Shown: piece by piece, positions 25,723 through 34,954 of the stretch
Layout of the letters: each line of letters starts with the position of its first letter
Numbering within the stretch: position 1 is the stretch's first letter
Source of the DNA: Vicinamibacterales bacterium
Lineage (GTDB): Bacteria; Acidobacteriota; Vicinamibacteria; Vicinamibacterales; SCN-69-37
Assembly (NCBI GenBank): GCA_035547155.1
Contig: DASZVJ010000105.1
Coordinates: 1 to 54,895, forward strand
Direction: 5' to 3'
Length of the DNA stretch: 54,895 nucleotides
Notes under the pieces: model-generated
Told to the model about the DNA's origin: nothing
The model's input: only the letters and a program-made list of their open reading frames with translations
Databases searched by the model: none
Made by a program: the position numbers and the translations under genes

Positions 25723-26595
25723 ATGTCTCCCTTGCCCGTCTCTCTCCTCATCGTCAACTACCACGTCTATGACGACCTCAATCGCTGTTTGACGGCGGTC
25801 GATTGCGCATTGCGGCCGGGTGATGAGGTCATCGTGTTCGATCAGGAGAGCGACGAGGCGAAGCGGGCGGCGGTCGAGGCGCGGCATCCGGGCGTGCGAT
25901 GGGTCGTCTCGCCGCGCAACGTCGGGTTCGCCGCCGCGATCAATCGCGCCGCGGCCGCGGCGCGCACACCGCGGCTGTTGTGGCTCAATCCCGACGCGGT
26001 GATCAGCGCGCCGGTCGTCGAGACGCTCGACGCGTGGCTGACGAGCCATCCCGAAACGGGATGCGTCGGTCCACGCGTGGTGAACGAGGACGGCCGGGTG
26101 CAAGCGTCCGCGCGGCGATTTCCGGATCCGACGACGGCCATTGCCGGGCGCTCGACGTGGCTCACACGTCACTTTCCGAACAACTGGCTGACGCGGCACA
26201 ACCTGCCGGCGCGGACCGCCGATCACCCGCAGACCGTCGACTGGCTCGCGGGCTCGTGCCTGCTCACGCGCCGCGATCTGTTCGAGCGGCTCGGCGGGCT
26301 CGACGAAGGATTCTTCCTCTACTGGGAGGACGCGGATTACTGTCGCCGCGCCGCGGCGCTCGGCTTCGGATGTACGTATCTCCCGGCCGTCTCCGTGCAG
26401 CACGCCGTCGGCCGCTCGGCCGCGCTCAATCCCGCGACGGCCATCCGTGCCTTTCACGCGAGCGCGTACCGGATGTTCGCGAAGTACACGGGACGCGTGG
26501 GGCGCGTGTGCGCGCCGCTCGTGCGGCTGGCGTTGTGGACGCGCGGCGAAATCCTCGCGCGCGCCGCGCTGCGGCGGATCAGGCACACGCGATGA
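25723..26595 (+). CDS. Glycosyltransferase family 2 (rhamnosyltransferase-like)
   Basis: VSLLIVNYHVYDDLNRCL, RNVGFAAAINRA, LNPDAV and YWEDADYCRRA are GT2 DxD-type motifs. Confidence 0.85.
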   Translation: MSPLPVSLLIVNYHVYDDLNRCLTAVDCALRPGDEVIVFDQESDEAKRAAVEARHPGVRWVVSPRNVGFAAAINRAAAAARTPRLLWLNPDAVISAPVVETLDAWLTSHPETGCVGPRVVNEDGRVQASARRFPDPTTAIAGRSTWLTRHFPNNWLTRHNLPARTADHPQTVDWLAGSCLLTRRDLFERLGGLDEGFFLYWEDADYCRRAAALGFGCTYLPAVSVQHAVGRSAALNPATAIRAFHASAYRMFAKYTGRVGRVCAPLVRLALWTRGEILARAALRRIRHTR

Positions 26596-27692
26596 TCGTC
26601 ATCGCCGGCGGCGGCGTGATCGGACTCGCCATTGCGCGCGCGCTTGCCCTGACCGGATCCGAGGTCTGCGTCCTCGAGCGGCACGGCCGCTGCGGCACGG
26701 AGACGTCGACGCACAACAGCGGCGTGATTCACGCAGGCCTGTACTATCCGGCCGGCTCGCTGAAAGGACGACTCTGCGTCGAGGGCCGCGAGCAGCTCTA
26801 CGCGTACTGCACGCAGGAGAACGTCCCGCACGTGCGCTGCGGCAAGCTCGTCGTGGCGCAAGCCGACGAGTTATCCGAGCTGGAGCGTGTGGCCGGGCTC
26901 GCGAAGGGCGCGGGCGCGACGATCGAGCTCGTGGACCAGGCGTTCGTCGCTGTGCGCGAGCCGTACGTGCGCGCGGCCGCCGCGCTCTGGTCGCCGGATA
27001 CCGGGTGGCTCGAGGCCGAAGCGCTCGTGCGGGCGCTGCAGGCCGATGTCGAGCGCCACGACGGCCACGTCCTCGTCGGCTCGCCGCTCGTGGCCGTCGA
27101 GCCGGCGCCCGCCGGGCTCATCGTCGTCACGCCGCAGGAGCGTATCGAAGCGGAGTTGCTGATCAACGCCGCCGGGCTCTACGTCGATGACGTGTCGCGG
27201 CTGGCCGGCGGCGACGATCTCCGCATCTATCCGTGCCGCGGCGAGTACGCGACGCTGACGGCCGGCGCGTCCGCGCTCGTGCGCGGCCTGGTCTATCCCG
27301 TGCCGCACGCGTCGGGCCACGGTCTCGGGACGCACTTCACGCGGACGATCGGCGGGGAAGTCTGGCTCGGACCGACCGTGCACTACGTCGACGACAAGCA
27401 GGACTACGAGCGCGATCGCGCGCCGGTCGAGTCGTTCCTGGAGCCGGCACGCGCGCTCGTGCCGGACATCACACTGGCGGACCTGCGACTCGGCGGCACC
27501 GGCATCCGGCCCAAGCTGCACCCCGCATCGGAGCGCTTTGCGGATTTTCTGATTCGGCGCGACTCGCGCAACCCGTACGTGATCCACGCGGCCGGCATCG
27601 AGTCGCCGGGGCTGACAGCGTGCCTGGCGGTGGGCGAGATGGTGGCGGGTTTAGCGGGCGACGGTCTGCGGTCAGCAGTCTGCGGGGAATGA
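26592..27692 (+). CDS. FAD-dependent oxidoreductase, L-2-hydroxyglutarate oxidase/dehydrogenase (LhgO)-like
   Basis: MIVIAGGGVIGLAIARAL (GxGxxG), ETSTHNSGVIHAGLYYPAGSLKGRLC and GIESPGLTACLAVGE. ATG 26592 overlaps the GT2 stop (ATGA). Confidence 0.8.
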   Translation: MIVIAGGGVIGLAIARALALTGSEVCVLERHGRCGTETSTHNSGVIHAGLYYPAGSLKGRLCVEGREQLYAYCTQENVPHVRCGKLVVAQADELSELERVAGLAKGAGATIELVDQAFVAVREPYVRAAAALWSPDTGWLEAEALVRALQADVERHDGHVLVGSPLVAVEPAPAGLIVVTPQERIEAELLINAAGLYVDDVSRLAGGDDLRIYPCRGEYATLTAGASALVRGLVYPVPHASGHGLGTHFTRTIGGEVWLGPTVHYVDDKQDYERDRAPVESFLEPARALVPDITLADLRLGGTGIRPKLHPASERFADFLIRRDSRNPYVIHAAGIESPGLTACLAVGEMVAGLAGDGLRSAVCGE

Positions 27693-27743
27693 GCGCAGCC
27701 CGCGGTCCGCAGTCAGGCCGACTGCAGACCGCGGACCGCGGAC
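27664..27743. repeat. Heptamer arrays: GTCTGCG arm (27664-27684, inside the lhgO-like 3' end) and inverted CGCGGAC/CGCAGTC arm (27701-27743)
   Basis: gtctgcg gtcagca gtctgcg ... cgcggtc cgcagtc aggccgac tgcagac cgcggac cgcggac. Confidence 0.85.
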
Positions 27744-27747
27744 GGTT

Positions 27748-30036
27748 CTATCTCGGTCCGGACAGCGTCCAGTCGACTGCGACAGCCGCCGGGTTCAGAT
27801 AGCCGTACGGCACGAAGGTATTGCCGCTCCGCGCCCACACATACATCTGACCGGTCACGCGATGCTGGAAGATCGCGTCGACGAACGGATCGCCCGCGAC
27901 ATTGGCGAGCGCAGCGAGCCGCCAGTTGGGATCGACTTGCCCCGCGCTGTATTGCGCCGCCAGCGTTGTTCCGTTCATCAGATAGATCTGCAGCCTGCCG
28001 TCGTCGTTCTGCCACGCGAGATCCCGCTTGCCGTCTCCGTCGAAGTCGGACGTGCCCACGATCTGCCAATCGAGGCCTGGCGCGAGATGGACCGCGTGGC
28101 TGGCATCCCACAACCAGTCTCCGCCGGCGAGCTTTGCCTGATCGCCGACCGTCGTCATGTACCAGATGTAGATTTCGCCCGTCTGCTGGTTGCGCCAGAC
28201 GATGTCGGCCTTGCCGTCACCGTTGAAGTCGCCCGTGCCGCTGATCCGCCAGAGCGCGGGATTGGCCTGGAGGCCGTTCGTCTGTTCGCCGACCTTCGAC
28301 TGGAAATCCATCTTGAACAGCCGCACGGCGCCGGTGATCTGGTTCTGCCAGAGCAGATCCGCCTTGCCGTCACCAGTCAGATCCGACGTGCCGACGACTT
28401 TCCACCCCAGGCCTTGATAGCCCGACACGTCCCAGAGAAACGCACCGCCCGTGAACGTCGTGCCGTTCATGTGCCACGCGTAGGCCATGCCCGTCGACTG
28501 GCTCGTGAAGACGAGCTCGGAGACGCCATCGCCCGTGAAGTCTCCGTTGGGTGCGGACTGAATGGGGCAGCCGTTGCTCGTCTGCGCGGCAAACTGCGGA
28601 CACTGATCGATCGAGTCAGGAACGCCGTCGCCGTCCGAGTCCTGCGGCGGGGGCGGAGGCGGCGCCGGACATCCGGTGGCCGTCTGGGCGAACTGGTTCG
28701 GGCATTGATCGGTGGAATCCGGCACGCCGTCGCCGTCACCGTCCGCAGGCGGTGGTGGCGTGCTGCTGCCTCCGGACGACGACGTGGTGAAGACCGGCAC
28801 CATAGATGGATCGGACGAATTGTTGGGATTGATGTCCTGGTAGGTTGGCAGCCATTCCTTGGCGGATTGGCTCGACGACACGCGCGTCAGCCATCCGCGT
28901 TCGCCGGACGAGGAGACCTCCGCGCTGATCTTGCCTCCGTACCCGTTGAGCTCCACAGCCGTGATGTCGTCGTTCGCTTTGTTCAACCCGGTGACGATGA
29001 TGGTCTGGCTCTGCGGGTTATAGGCCATGGCCAGCGAGTCGTAGCTGCCCATCGTGTAGCTGACATCGCCCATCTGCTGAAGGACACCGTCCTCATTGAA
29101 GGTCGCCTGGCGAATGCGGTACGGACCGTTCTCCCACCACGTCATGACGTACTGGTGCGTCAGCGGGCTGAAGGCCACGTCCGTCATGGTCGTGCTGATC
29201 GTGCAGCACGCAATCGTATTGAACGTCGTCACATGGGCGCCGGCGAGGTTCGAGGCCGGGACGATCGCGAAGTCGCTGCTGAAAGCGCCGGTCGTCTGAT
29301 TTTCACTGCTGAACGAGACGCCGAACTCGTTGCGATAGGGATTCCACGCGACACCCGGATCCCGCTGCCAGCTGCTCTGGATCGTGACGATGCTGCCGCT
29401 CCCGGCGCCGTCGAGACCGACGAGACGTGTCTTGAGGCCTTGCGTCGCGCCGTTTCCCTGCCAGGCGACGAGGAAGACCTGGCTCGTCGGCGAGTAGCCA
29501 ATCGCCGGTCCGCCCTGGAGGAAGCCCTGATTCTGCGCGTCCGACAGGATGTTCTCGGAGCCGAGGAGTGCGCCCGCCGAAGACACCATGCGCGAATGCA
29601 CTCGAATCTGCTTGATGTCCGCGTCCTCGGCGACCCACGCCACGAGGAACGCGCCCTGCCCGCCGTTGGCGTCCTGGCTATAGGCCGTTCGGACGTAATT
29701 CACGTGGTGCCCGACCTGCGTCGAGACGTAGAACGCCGGTCCTGTCGCGACGCCGCTCGCGTTGACGATGACCCCGGTCACACCAGACGGGCCCGCGGCG
29801 CCGACCACCAGGAACGTGTTGTGAGACGGATCGTGCGCCGAGCTGGTGCCGATGGTTATTGCGGGGGCTGCCGCTGGAAAACCGGCGGGCCAGGGCATCG
29901 TCGTTGGCGTGCCCATCGAGAGCTGCGCGCTCGCGGGCTGTGCCGCGACGACGCACATCGCGAGGCCGGTGAAGATCAGCGGGAGAAAGGGGGTCTTTCG
30001 GGCAAACCTGTGAGCCGAAACTGCCGACTTGCGCAT
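27748..30036 (-). CDS. Secreted multidomain protein: signal peptide, ~400-aa six-fold repeat domain of unknown family, two thrombospondin type-3-like Ca-binding repeats, and an FG-GAP/VCBS beta-propeller
   Basis: MRKSAVSAHRFARKTPFLPLIFTGLAMCVVAAQPASAQ; DGDGDGVPDSTDQCP and DSDGDGVPDSIDQCP; DFTGDGVSELVF, DLTGDGKADLLW, DFNGDGKADIVW and DFDGDGKRDLAW. GAGG lies 7 nt upstream of ATG 30036. Confidence 0.8.
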   Translation of the reverse strand: MRKSAVSAHRFARKTPFLPLIFTGLAMCVVAAQPASAQLSMGTPTTMPWPAGFPAAAPAITIGTSSAHDPSHNTFLVVGAAGPSGVTGVIVNASGVATGPAFYVSTQVGHHVNYVRTAYSQDANGGQGAFLVAWVAEDADIKQIRVHSRMVSSAGALLGSENILSDAQNQGFLQGGPAIGYSPTSQVFLVAWQGNGATQGLKTRLVGLDGAGSGSIVTIQSSWQRDPGVAWNPYRNEFGVSFSSENQTTGAFSSDFAIVPASNLAGAHVTTFNTIACCTISTTMTDVAFSPLTHQYVMTWWENGPYRIRQATFNEDGVLQQMGDVSYTMGSYDSLAMAYNPQSQTIIVTGLNKANDDITAVELNGYGGKISAEVSSSGERGWLTRVSSSQSAKEWLPTYQDINPNNSSDPSMVPVFTTSSSGGSSTPPPPADGDGDGVPDSTDQCPNQFAQTATGCPAPPPPPPQDSDGDGVPDSIDQCPQFAAQTSNGCPIQSAPNGDFTGDGVSELVFTSQSTGMAYAWHMNGTTFTGGAFLWDVSGYQGLGWKVVGTSDLTGDGKADLLWQNQITGAVRLFKMDFQSKVGEQTNGLQANPALWRISGTGDFNGDGKADIVWRNQQTGEIYIWYMTTVGDQAKLAGGDWLWDASHAVHLAPGLDWQIVGTSDFDGDGKRDLAWQNDDGRLQIYLMNGTTLAAQYSAGQVDPNWRLAALANVAGDPFVDAIFQHRVTGQMYVWARSGNTFVPYGYLNPAAVAVDWTLSGPR

Positions 30037-30191
30037 CACATGACCTCGAGGGAGCGTCCCGCCGAATCGCAGCGGGAAGCGGAGCCATTGTGTCTATCGG
30101 CCTGTTCCGTGTGTCACCTTAGGCCGGGGTGCGCAATAGCATACGCGAAGCGAGCCGGATTTCTTCGAAATTCACGACGTGACGCACGCGT

Positions 30192-32579
30192 TCATCGCGG
30201 GAGCGTCGTGCGGCGCATGCTGGCCAGCGGCAATCCGAGGGAGATGTAGAGCGCCGCGGCCACCCAGAAGTTCGCGTCGATGCCGACCCAGATGGACAAC
30301 GCGACGGCGAGAATCGACGCCAGCACGCCGAACGCGCCGTTGACGCCCCAGGCCCAGGCGATCACCGAAGGCGTCGACGCGGACAACCTGACGCCGATCG
30401 GAAAGCACATGCCCAGCAGCAATGAGAGCGGCGCCGCGAAGAGCACGACAATCGCGGTACGTGCCGGCAGGCCGTGCCCGATGGTGGCGGCGATCGTGCG
30501 CGGGAGCAGCAGGGCAATCAGGACGAGCACGAGACCGATGGCCGCAGGCACCAGCGAGAGGCGCCGGCCCGGTGCGATCGTGAGGCGCTCCGAGAGCAGG
30601 CTGCCGAGCCCCGTGAACAGCAGCATGGCGAACAACACGATCGCGAGCGTGTACGTCGGATGACCGAGATAGACGGAGAACCGTTGCAGGAGCCCCACCT
30701 GGATCAACATGAATCCGAATCCGATGATCGCGAAATACGCCATGGTCGTCGCGAATCGCCCGACCGACATGGCTGGCCGGCCGGCGGCGGCGAGCGGCCA
30801 GATGATGATGAGCCCCACGAGAACGGTGGTCACGCCGAGAAGAATGAGCAGGAGCAGCGTCGCGCGGAGATTGCCGCCGAGCGCGCCCTCGCGCGGCAGT
30901 GAGGCGCCGGACCACAGCGCACGCGGCTTCAACATGTTGAAGTAGTACGGCCGGGCGTCGGTCGGCGGGCTGTAGTCGTAGAGCGGATCGGCGATCGCCC
31001 GGCGGAGCTCGTCCTGTGACGTGCTGTGGGCGATGCGATCGATCACGGGGCCGCCCGTCGCAGGCGTCCACGGCGACACGGCGAGCTCGAAGCCCTTCGG
31101 CGCCATCACCGCCGTGAGCCGTGCTCGATCCGCGTCTGTGAACGGCGCGGTCGACACCATCAGCGTGGCGATTTTCTCGCGCACCGCCAGGATCAGGTGA
31201 TCCGATGGCCGTGCGACGTGTCGATCGAGCAGCGCGCCGACGCCGAGCGCGACGAGCCGCCGCGTTTCCGAGACGTTGTGCGGATCGAACCAGCGCGACA
31301 CGCTGAGCACGCCGCCCGGCTTGAGCCGGTCGAGGAACACCCGCCAGCCCTCGACCGTGTAGAGGCCGTTCTCCGACAGCGCGAATGCGCCCGCTCCGGT
31401 CGAGGCCCATGTGTCGACGAGCGAGATCTGGATGATGTCGAATCGCCGATCCGTGCGCGTCAAATACGCGCGGCCGTCGTCGTGGACGAGCGCGACGTTC
31501 GGCTGGTTGGCGATGTTGGCGAAGTCGCGATGGCTCGTCGTGAGCAGATCGATCATGATCCGGTTCACGTCGATGCCCACGATCGAGCGGTTCTGGCCCC
31601 ACAGCGCCGCGAGGATGTCGCGCCCGCCGCCGACGCCGATCACGGCCACGTCGCCGCGGCGCAGCGAATAGGGCAGCGTCGTGACGTCGTAGCTCACCCA
31701 TTCGAGCGACTCTCGCCGTCCGTCCCATTGCGTGATCGGCGAGCCCGCCTCGCCGTCGATCGCGAGCCACGCGATGCGTGCCTTGAACTGATCGGCCCCG
31801 ATGCCCGGCCCCCAGAGGAACGCATTGCCGTCGCCCGGCCGTTGCACGAGCACGTACGAATGGCTGTTCCACCGCGTGATGTCGTTCAGCTTGTTCAGCA
31901 GCCAGAGCTGACGGTTCTTGGGATAGATGATGGCGAGGGCCTCGCGCGATCCGTTGTTGAGCAGCGCGATGCCGACGAGCGCCGCCGCGAGCACGACGCG
32001 GCCCGTCACGCGGCTCGTGCCGGCGAGGCGCGCGAAACAGACGGCCGCGATCGCCGCCGACGCGCCCGCGAGAAAAATGGACGAGCTGACGTTGGTCCGC
32101 TCGAGCATGGGCACGACGAGCACGCAGCCGAGCGCGGCGCCGATCAAGTCGCAGGCGTACAAGCGCCCGATGGCGCCGCCGCATCGCGTCAGGGCCGTCG
32201 TGACGACGACGCCGGAGAGCACGAATGGCACGGCCAGCACGACGGTGAACGCCGAGATGGACAGGATCTCCATGACGTTCGCGTCGGTGATCGGCACGAA
32301 CGGCATGACGAGCGTGAACAGGTGCGAGATCGGGACGGCGAGCGCGAACGCCAGCGTGGCGCGCGCGAGCGAGCGCGGCGCGCGATCCGGCGAGAAGGCC
32401 GCCGGATGGAGAAAGACGAACACGGCGCCGCCGGCCATGCCGAGCATGGCCAACGAGACGGCGAAGAACGAGAGGTGATACCAGGTCAGGACCGACAGCA
32501 GCCGGGCATCCAGCGTCTCGAGCAGTAACGTGGACAACGTGGCGAAGAAGAGTCCCGGGCCGAGCCAGCGCGTGTGCAT
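30192..32579 (-). CDS. Polytopic membrane protein with a central spermidine synthase-like (class I SAM-MTase fold) domain
   Basis: DVAVIGVGGGRDILAAL...IVGIDVN...DIIQISLVD...GLYTVEGWRVFLDRLKPGGVLSV, flanked on both sides by hydrophobic modules of about 6-7 spans. Confidence 0.75.
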   Translation of the reverse strand: MHTRWLGPGLFFATLSTLLLETLDARLLSVLTWYHLSFFAVSLAMLGMAGGAVFVFLHPAAFSPDRAPRSLARATLAFALAVPISHLFTLVMPFVPITDANVMEILSISAFTVVLAVPFVLSGVVVTTALTRCGGAIGRLYACDLIGAALGCVLVVPMLERTNVSSSIFLAGASAAIAAVCFARLAGTSRVTGRVVLAAALVGIALLNNGSREALAIIYPKNRQLWLLNKLNDITRWNSHSYVLVQRPGDGNAFLWGPGIGADQFKARIAWLAIDGEAGSPITQWDGRRESLEWVSYDVTTLPYSLRRGDVAVIGVGGGRDILAALWGQNRSIVGIDVNRIMIDLLTTSHRDFANIANQPNVALVHDDGRAYLTRTDRRFDIIQISLVDTWASTGAGAFALSENGLYTVEGWRVFLDRLKPGGVLSVSRWFDPHNVSETRRLVALGVGALLDRHVARPSDHLILAVREKIATLMVSTAPFTDADRARLTAVMAPKGFELAVSPWTPATGGPVIDRIAHSTSQDELRRAIADPLYDYSPPTDARPYYFNMLKPRALWSGASLPREGALGGNLRATLLLLILLGVTTVLVGLIIIWPLAAAGRPAMSVGRFATTMAYFAIIGFGFMLIQVGLLQRFSVYLGHPTYTLAIVLFAMLLFTGLGSLLSERLTIAPGRRLSLVPAAIGLVLVLIALLLPRTIAATIGHGLPARTAIVVLFAAPLSLLLGMCFPIGVRLSASTPSVIAWAWGVNGAFGVLASILAVALSIWVGIDANFWVAAALYISLGLPLASMRRTTLPR

Positions 32580-32685
32580 GACGGTGCGGAGCGTTGAAGA
32601 AGGGAAGATGCCGAGAATCGGGATCGCCAGATTGTAGACCGGAGCGGCATGACAGGCGCGATCTCGTGCGTTAAGCTAGCGGGTG

Positions 32686-33468
32686 ATGGCCGATCCGCTG
32701 ATCATCGCCGGCCGCGCCTTCGACTCGCGGTTGGTCGTCGGTACGGGCAAATATCCCTCCCATGCCGTGATGCAATCGGCTCACGACGCGTCCGGGACGG
32801 AGATGGTGACCGTGGCGGTCCGCCGCGTCGATCTGTCAGCGACCGGCGAGGCGTCGCTGCTCTCGTGGATCGACACGGACCGCATCTTCCTGCTGCCGAA
32901 CACGGCCGGCTGCTACACCGCCGACGAGGCCGTCCGGACGGCCAGACTGGCACGCGAAGCCGGGCTGTCCAACTGGATCAAGCTCGAGGTGATCGGCGAC
33001 GAGCGGACGCTCTTTCCCGACAACGAGGCGTTGCTCGACGCGACGCGCACGCTGGTCAAAGAGGGCTTCGTCGTGCTGCCGTACACGAGCGACGATCCGA
33101 TCGCCTGCCGCAAGCTCGAGGACGCCGGCGCGGCTGCGGTGATGCCGCTCGGCGCGCCGATCGGATCGGGCCTCGGCATCCAGAATCCCAACAACCTGCA
33201 GATCATCAAAGAGCAGGCGCACGTGCCCGTGATCGTCGATGCCGGCGTCGGCACGGCGTCCGATGCGGCGATCGCGATGGAGCTCGGCGCCGACGGCGTG
33301 TTGATGAACTCGGCGATCGCCGGCGCGCGCGATCCGGTGCTGATGGCCATGGCGATGCGGCGTGCGGTCGAGGCCGGCCGCCTCGCGTTCCTGGCCGGCC
33401 GCATCGCGCGCAAGCGCTATGCGACGGCCAGCAGTCCTGTGGCCGGTGTGATCGGATCGGGAGCCTGA
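32686..33468 (+). CDS. thiG: Thiazole synthase
   Basis: [49 protein letters not shown] and [18 protein letters not shown] 32686, with an in-frame GTG at 32683. Confidence 0.95.
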   Translation: MADPLIIAGRAFDSRLVVGTGKYPSHAVMQSAHDASGTEMVTVAVRRVDLSATGEASLLSWIDTDRIFLLPNTAGCYTADEAVRTARLAREAGLSNWIKLEVIGDERTLFPDNEALLDATRTLVKEGFVVLPYTSDDPIACRKLEDAGAAAVMPLGAPIGSGLGIQNPNNLQIIKEQAHVPVIVDAGVGTASDAAIAMELGADGVLMNSAIAGARDPVLMAMAMRRAVEAGRLAFLAGRIARKRYATASSPVAGVIGSGA

Positions 33469-33480
33469 GCCGCCGCGCCG

Positions 33481-34950
33481 ATGAGCTCATCGTCTCCGTC
33501 GTTCGCCGAGCCGTCGTCCACCGCGTCCGAGCCCCTCGACGTCCGCCTCGCGCGGCTCGAGCGTGAGCGTCTCGCGGCCGATCGCGCCTACAACGATGCG
33601 CTGACCGCGCTCGACCGTGCGCTCGGCGAGTATCCCGATCTGCCGCATCCGCCGCCCGTCCACGACGCGGCCGCGCTCGCGGATCTATCGCACGAGGCCG
33701 AGATCCTCGCGGGCGCCGATCCGGCGATCGATCGCTCGATCAAAGGCCGGCTGCGCGGGCTCGTCTGGCGCCTCGTCGCGCCGATTCTCGATCGTCAGCA
33801 GCGATTCAACGCGCGCGTGATCGATCAGCTCGCACGCGGCGGCGCGGCGCACGACGCCGCGCAGAGGGCCGTCGAGACGACGATCGCGGCGTTGCGCCGG
33901 GAGGTGGACCGGCAGCGGCTGCTGCACTCGCACCTGATCCAGTACCTGCAGACGATCACGCTCTACGTCGACACGAAGGATCGCATGTTCGGCGGGCAAG
34001 CGGAGATCCTCAACGCCGGGCTCGGCGCGGTCACCGGCGACTTTCTCAAGCGCTGGGAGTCGCTGTCCGTGCGCGAGACGCGCGTCGCCGAGCGGATCGC
34101 CGAGCTTGCCGCGCGCGTGGAAGACGCGCGCGCGACGTCGGCCATCGCCCAGCAGACGTCGCTGTCGCTCAAGCGCGACGTCGAGCGGCTGCTGGCCGCG
34201 CCACCCGTCGCCGCCGGCGAATCGCCGCGCGTCGAGGCGGCCACGCCGCCGCCCGATCTCGGCGCGTTCGAGTACCTCGCGTTCGAGAACGAGTTCCGGG
34301 GATCGCCGGCGCTGATTCGCGCGCGTCTCGAGACGTACGTCCCGATCTTCGACGGCCAGTCCGACGTGCTCGACATCGGCTGCGGCCGCGGCGAATTTCT
34401 CGATCTGCTGCGGCAGCGCGGCATCAGCGCGCGCGGCATCGATCTCAATCCGGCGATGGTCGACGACGCGCGCAGCCGCGGTCTCGACGCCACGTGCGCC
34501 GACGCGCTGACGTATCTACGCGGGCGGCCTGACGCGTCACTCGGCGGCGTCTTCGCCGCGCAGGTCGTCGAGCATCTCACGCCGGCGTATCTCGGCGAGC
34601 TGCTCGATGCGGCGGCGGAGAAGGTTCGTCCCGGCGGCCGCATCGTGCTCGAGACGATCAACCCACGCTGCTGGGTGGCGTTCTTCGAAAGCTATCTCCG
34701 CGATCCGACGCACGTCCGTCCGCTGCACCCGGAGACGCTGCAGTACTTGTTGCGTGTACGCGGGTTCCAGCACGTCGAGCTCCGTTTCTCGTCACCCGTG
34801 GCACCCGCCGATCGCCTGCAGCCCGTCGTCCTGCCCGATTCGCGTGACTCGGAGCTGTCCGACGCCGTCGCGGTGATCAACGACAACACGACGCGGTTGA
34901 ACGGCTGGCTGTTCTCATTCCAGGACTACGCGGTCGTCGCGACGAAATAG
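33481..34950 (+). CDS. Class I SAM-dependent methyltransferase with a ~270-aa helical or coiled-coil N-terminal region
   Basis: VLDIGCGRGEFLDLL (motif I), VFAAQVVEHL and GGRIVLETINP. The N-terminal part is rich in heptad-like A/L/R/E. Confidence 0.8.
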   Translation: MSSSSPSFAEPSSTASEPLDVRLARLERERLAADRAYNDALTALDRALGEYPDLPHPPPVHDAAALADLSHEAEILAGADPAIDRSIKGRLRGLVWRLVAPILDRQQRFNARVIDQLARGGAAHDAAQRAVETTIAALRREVDRQRLLHSHLIQYLQTITLYVDTKDRMFGGQAEILNAGLGAVTGDFLKRWESLSVRETRVAERIAELAARVEDARATSAIAQQTSLSLKRDVERLLAAPPVAAGESPRVEAATPPPDLGAFEYLAFENEFRGSPALIRARLETYVPIFDGQSDVLDIGCGRGEFLDLLRQRGISARGIDLNPAMVDDARSRGLDATCADALTYLRGRPDASLGGVFAAQVVEHLTPAYLGELLDAAAEKVRPGGRIVLETINPRCWVAFFESYLRDPTHVRPLHPETLQYLLRVRGFQHVELRFSSPVAPADRLQPVVLPDSRDSELSDAVAVINDNTTRLNGWLFSFQDYAVVATK

Positions 34951-34954
34951 GGAC

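Noticed and set aside
32580-32685. TPP (THI-box) riboswitch upstream of thiG.
   Set aside because: The 106-nt divergent region lacks the conserved CUGAGA and ACCUGAUCUGGAUAAUGCCAGCG elements; only a weak cgaga is present. It would also have to hold two promoters. An Rfam scan would be the definitive check.
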